This document shows positions 35,579 to 38,203 of a DNA stretch of 38,203 nucleotides, piece after piece. This stretch comes from Octopus bimaculoides (taxonomy: Eukaryota), in the NCBI RefSeq assembly GCF_001194135.2, contig NC_068983.1, positions 44,188,618 to 44,226,820 of the forward strand, read 5' to 3'. Positions within the stretch are counted from its first letter, which is position 1; each line of letters starts with the position of its first letter. Made by a program: the position numbers and the translations under genes. Under the pieces are notes generated by a model that was not told the DNA's origin, searched no databases, and saw only the letters and a list, made by a program, of their open reading frames with translations.

Positions 35579-36937
35579 TTAAAGTCCATATTTTGTGCTG
35601 GCATTGGTTGGACAGTTTGACAGAATTCAATGAGCCAGAGGGTTGCATCAGGCTCCAATATCTGCCTTGCCATGGTTTCTATGGCGGCATGTACTTCCTA
35701 ATATGCCAACCACTTTACAGAGTATAGTGAGTGCCTTTTATGTAGTGCCAGCACAAGTGCTTTCTATGTGGCACCAGCACAGGAGCCTTTTGCATAGCCC
35801 TTGCACTCAAACATACAATGAATTCTAATAGTTATCTACCACTGGTAGGTTAACCATGACATAGAACTGAGGTGATTATAGAAAACAATATGTCTGTAGC
35901 AGCTACAAGTCAAAACCTTTCATCCACTCAGTTAATGAACTTCAAATTTGCATTGAAAATGTATGAAATAAACACTTCTATATCAATTATAGGTGCTGGC
36001 ATGACTGCGTGGTTAAGTTTGCTCCACAATTAGATGGTGTGTGGCATCTTGACATCACCTGGAAGCTGTAAACAAGTGTCACCATCATGCAGTGGTGTGA
36101 TCCATTTCCAATATTCTGGGGAAATTTATCTGGCCATGAGGAAATATTACCTTGATAGAAAACAAAAGGTTGGTAACAGGAAGGGCAACCAACTGAAGAA
36201 AAACTGCCTTAATGAATTCTGTGTGACCCACAAGAGAAGCATGGAAAACTGGATGTTAAATTGATAACCACAACAATGATGGCTTCAATACCATTCATAT
36301 GGATTAACAAAGCTCATGTGATACCTTTAGACAGGTATTACTTTAATAAGGATTATCCAGCAGCCAACTACAGAATCTAAGAATTACATATACGAATCCA
36401 GCATCAATATGTATCAAAGTTTCAAAATGTGCAATGCGCACTTGCGCGCGCACGCGCACACACACACTCACACACACAAAGCTGTGAATCATTTTTACAA
36501 GATAGCTGTCTTCACATATCTTTCCATGCAACACATGAGTTTACAAAACTGTACCATTTTGCCTGTATCAGGTTTGAACCTAAGAAGAGCTGTTGTTTCA
36601 GTCTGCCAGTTTACCTCATTAAACGTTCTTATTTCACAGTTAAGTGTAGGAGGTAGGAGAGGCAGTCAGTTGTGAAATTGTATGCTTTGATATCATGTAA
36701 ATGTTTTCAAAAACTTATTCTACTGAAACTGGTATGTGAAACTGAACACAAAACACACACCTTTTACTTGTTTCAGTCACAAGACTGCAACCATGCTGGG
36801 GTACCATCTTGAAGAATATTTCTCAAACAACTATGCCCCAGTTCCATTTTTTTTAAAGCCTGGTACTTATTTTATCATTAACTTACGCTGAACTTTTAAG
36901 TTATGGGGGACATAAATACACCAACACCGATTATTAA

Positions 36938-37227
36938 CCCATTACCTACCAGTGATCTCATATGAGATCACTTAAAAATTACAAATTTCGTAATTATCTG
37001 TCAATATTTACACATATCTAACCTTTTTTGCTATATCTACTAGGTATATTTCTCTGATATTCAAACGAGGTTTGCTAACTTTTCACCCAATATCTCACTT
37101 ATTTCTATTTAAAATGTTATTTTGAAATGTTATTTTGATCATTCCAGCGTCTTTCTAAGGCTGTTTTATGCTAGAAATCAAAGTTTCATTAAAAATTCCA
37201 GTTAATAGAATTATGGGAGGTAATGGG
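36938..37227. mobile_element. piggyBac-like MITE, family C, inserted in a SINE
   Basis: TTAA at 36934-36937 and 37228-37231; TIR cccattacct / aggtaatggg; perfect 22-bp palindrome agtgatctcatatgagatcact at 36951-36972. Confidence 0.8.
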
Positions 37228-37629
37228 TTAAGCAGTGGTGGGAGACAAACACAGACAGACAGACACACACGCCCACACACAGTGAGGGATTATCAGTCTG
37301 GGTAAAATACTATATAAGTTCTTTGTTAGTAGACCAGGCTAGCAATATTGTTTAGATTAGTAAAGCGCTCTGTGTATTCTTGTGGCAGGGTCTGAGATTA
37401 TAGTTCAACATCATTCTATATTCCAAATCCACGGTTATGCTCCAGTTATACTGATTTTTATAGATATATAAAACAATGTATAACTAATAGTCACTATAGA
37501 TTTTTTCCTTTATTAGAGTAAATTTGACTTACAGCTGTTTTTTATAATGACTACTGGAAACAGTTGCAGATCAAATCTATTGCTACGAAGAAAAATGACT
37601 ATTATTTGTACCTTGTTTTTATATTTATA

Positions 37630-38190
37630 CTAGACTACCCATGACCTGTTGGGTCACTGACGATTCAGGTGATAAAACATTGAAGGTGATTTCAACATTG
37701 CATTGAAATAAAAGTTAATTTTACGATGATTCAGTTTTTTATTTCAATTCGTTCATGTCATCATAGGTCAGATTTACAAATTCATGTTTAAGGTTTTATT
37801 GATTATTTACAGAATCTAATAGAAATAGAACTTGCAGGATAAACGAACTCCAACAACAGCATTTATTTATGGCACATGTGCACACTTTTACAAAAATGCA
37901 AAAGGAATTGTTATACAACTTAAGCATAGAATTAATGGAAACAATTTTCACAGTATCATATATTCCCATTATGCATTGTTTTGGCTATTTATGAAGGTGT
38001 TCCCAAAAAATGTATATCTCAGGAATCCATGGTCTGATTTATGCAGAACTTGTTTTATTCCATTTGTATTCACATTTCAGGGGTATCTTACTTCAGGAGT
38101 ATTTTTCCATCATTATGCACTGGTTTGGCTGTATTAAATTACAGACAAACATGCATGCAAGCAAGCAATCACAGAGTTTTAGTAATATAT
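37630..38190 (-). mobile_element. Probable non-autonomous Helitron
   Basis: Minus-strand 3' end: hairpin gtgacc-caaca-ggtcat, 7-nt spacer, then CTAG|T. The opposite end has an AT-rich start (tatattactaaaactc) followed by tetranucleotide-like tgcttgcttgcatgcatgtttgtctgt. The 5' TC is not visible because it runs into (AT)n at the window edge. Confidence 0.5.
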
Positions 38191-38203
38191 ATATATATAT
38201 ATA

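Overview
This is AT-rich, microsatellite- and SINE-dense animal genomic DNA with eight N gaps. It begins and ends in (AT)n, so it is probably a whole draft scaffold. The repeat families look like those of Octopus/coleoid cephalopods (inference from recalled consensus sequences). There are no prokaryotic genes, rRNA, true tRNA or CRISPR. The window is mostly intronic sequence of one minus-strand gene, an MPRIP/outspread-like gene. Two phase-compatible exons (32783-32934, 30136-30232) encode the second half of the N-terminal PH domain, and a large Ser-rich exon (16171 down to the gap at 15588) probably follows. The introns hold several tRNA-derived SINE families, remnants of RTE, CR1-group, HERO-like (RLE) and Penelope retroelements, a Tc1 fragment, TTAA-flanked piggyBac-like MITEs (some nested) and a probable non-autonomous Helitron. 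I found no demonstrably new biological system. The best leads are a predicted ATG-only alternative first exon giving a PH-less isoform, a 30-bp array with coding-like substitutions (LSDGHVHRWS repeats), inverted SINE clusters that could fold the pre-mRNA into ADAR substrates, and several micro- or antisense-exon candidates. Repeat boundaries are read by eye and are approximate.
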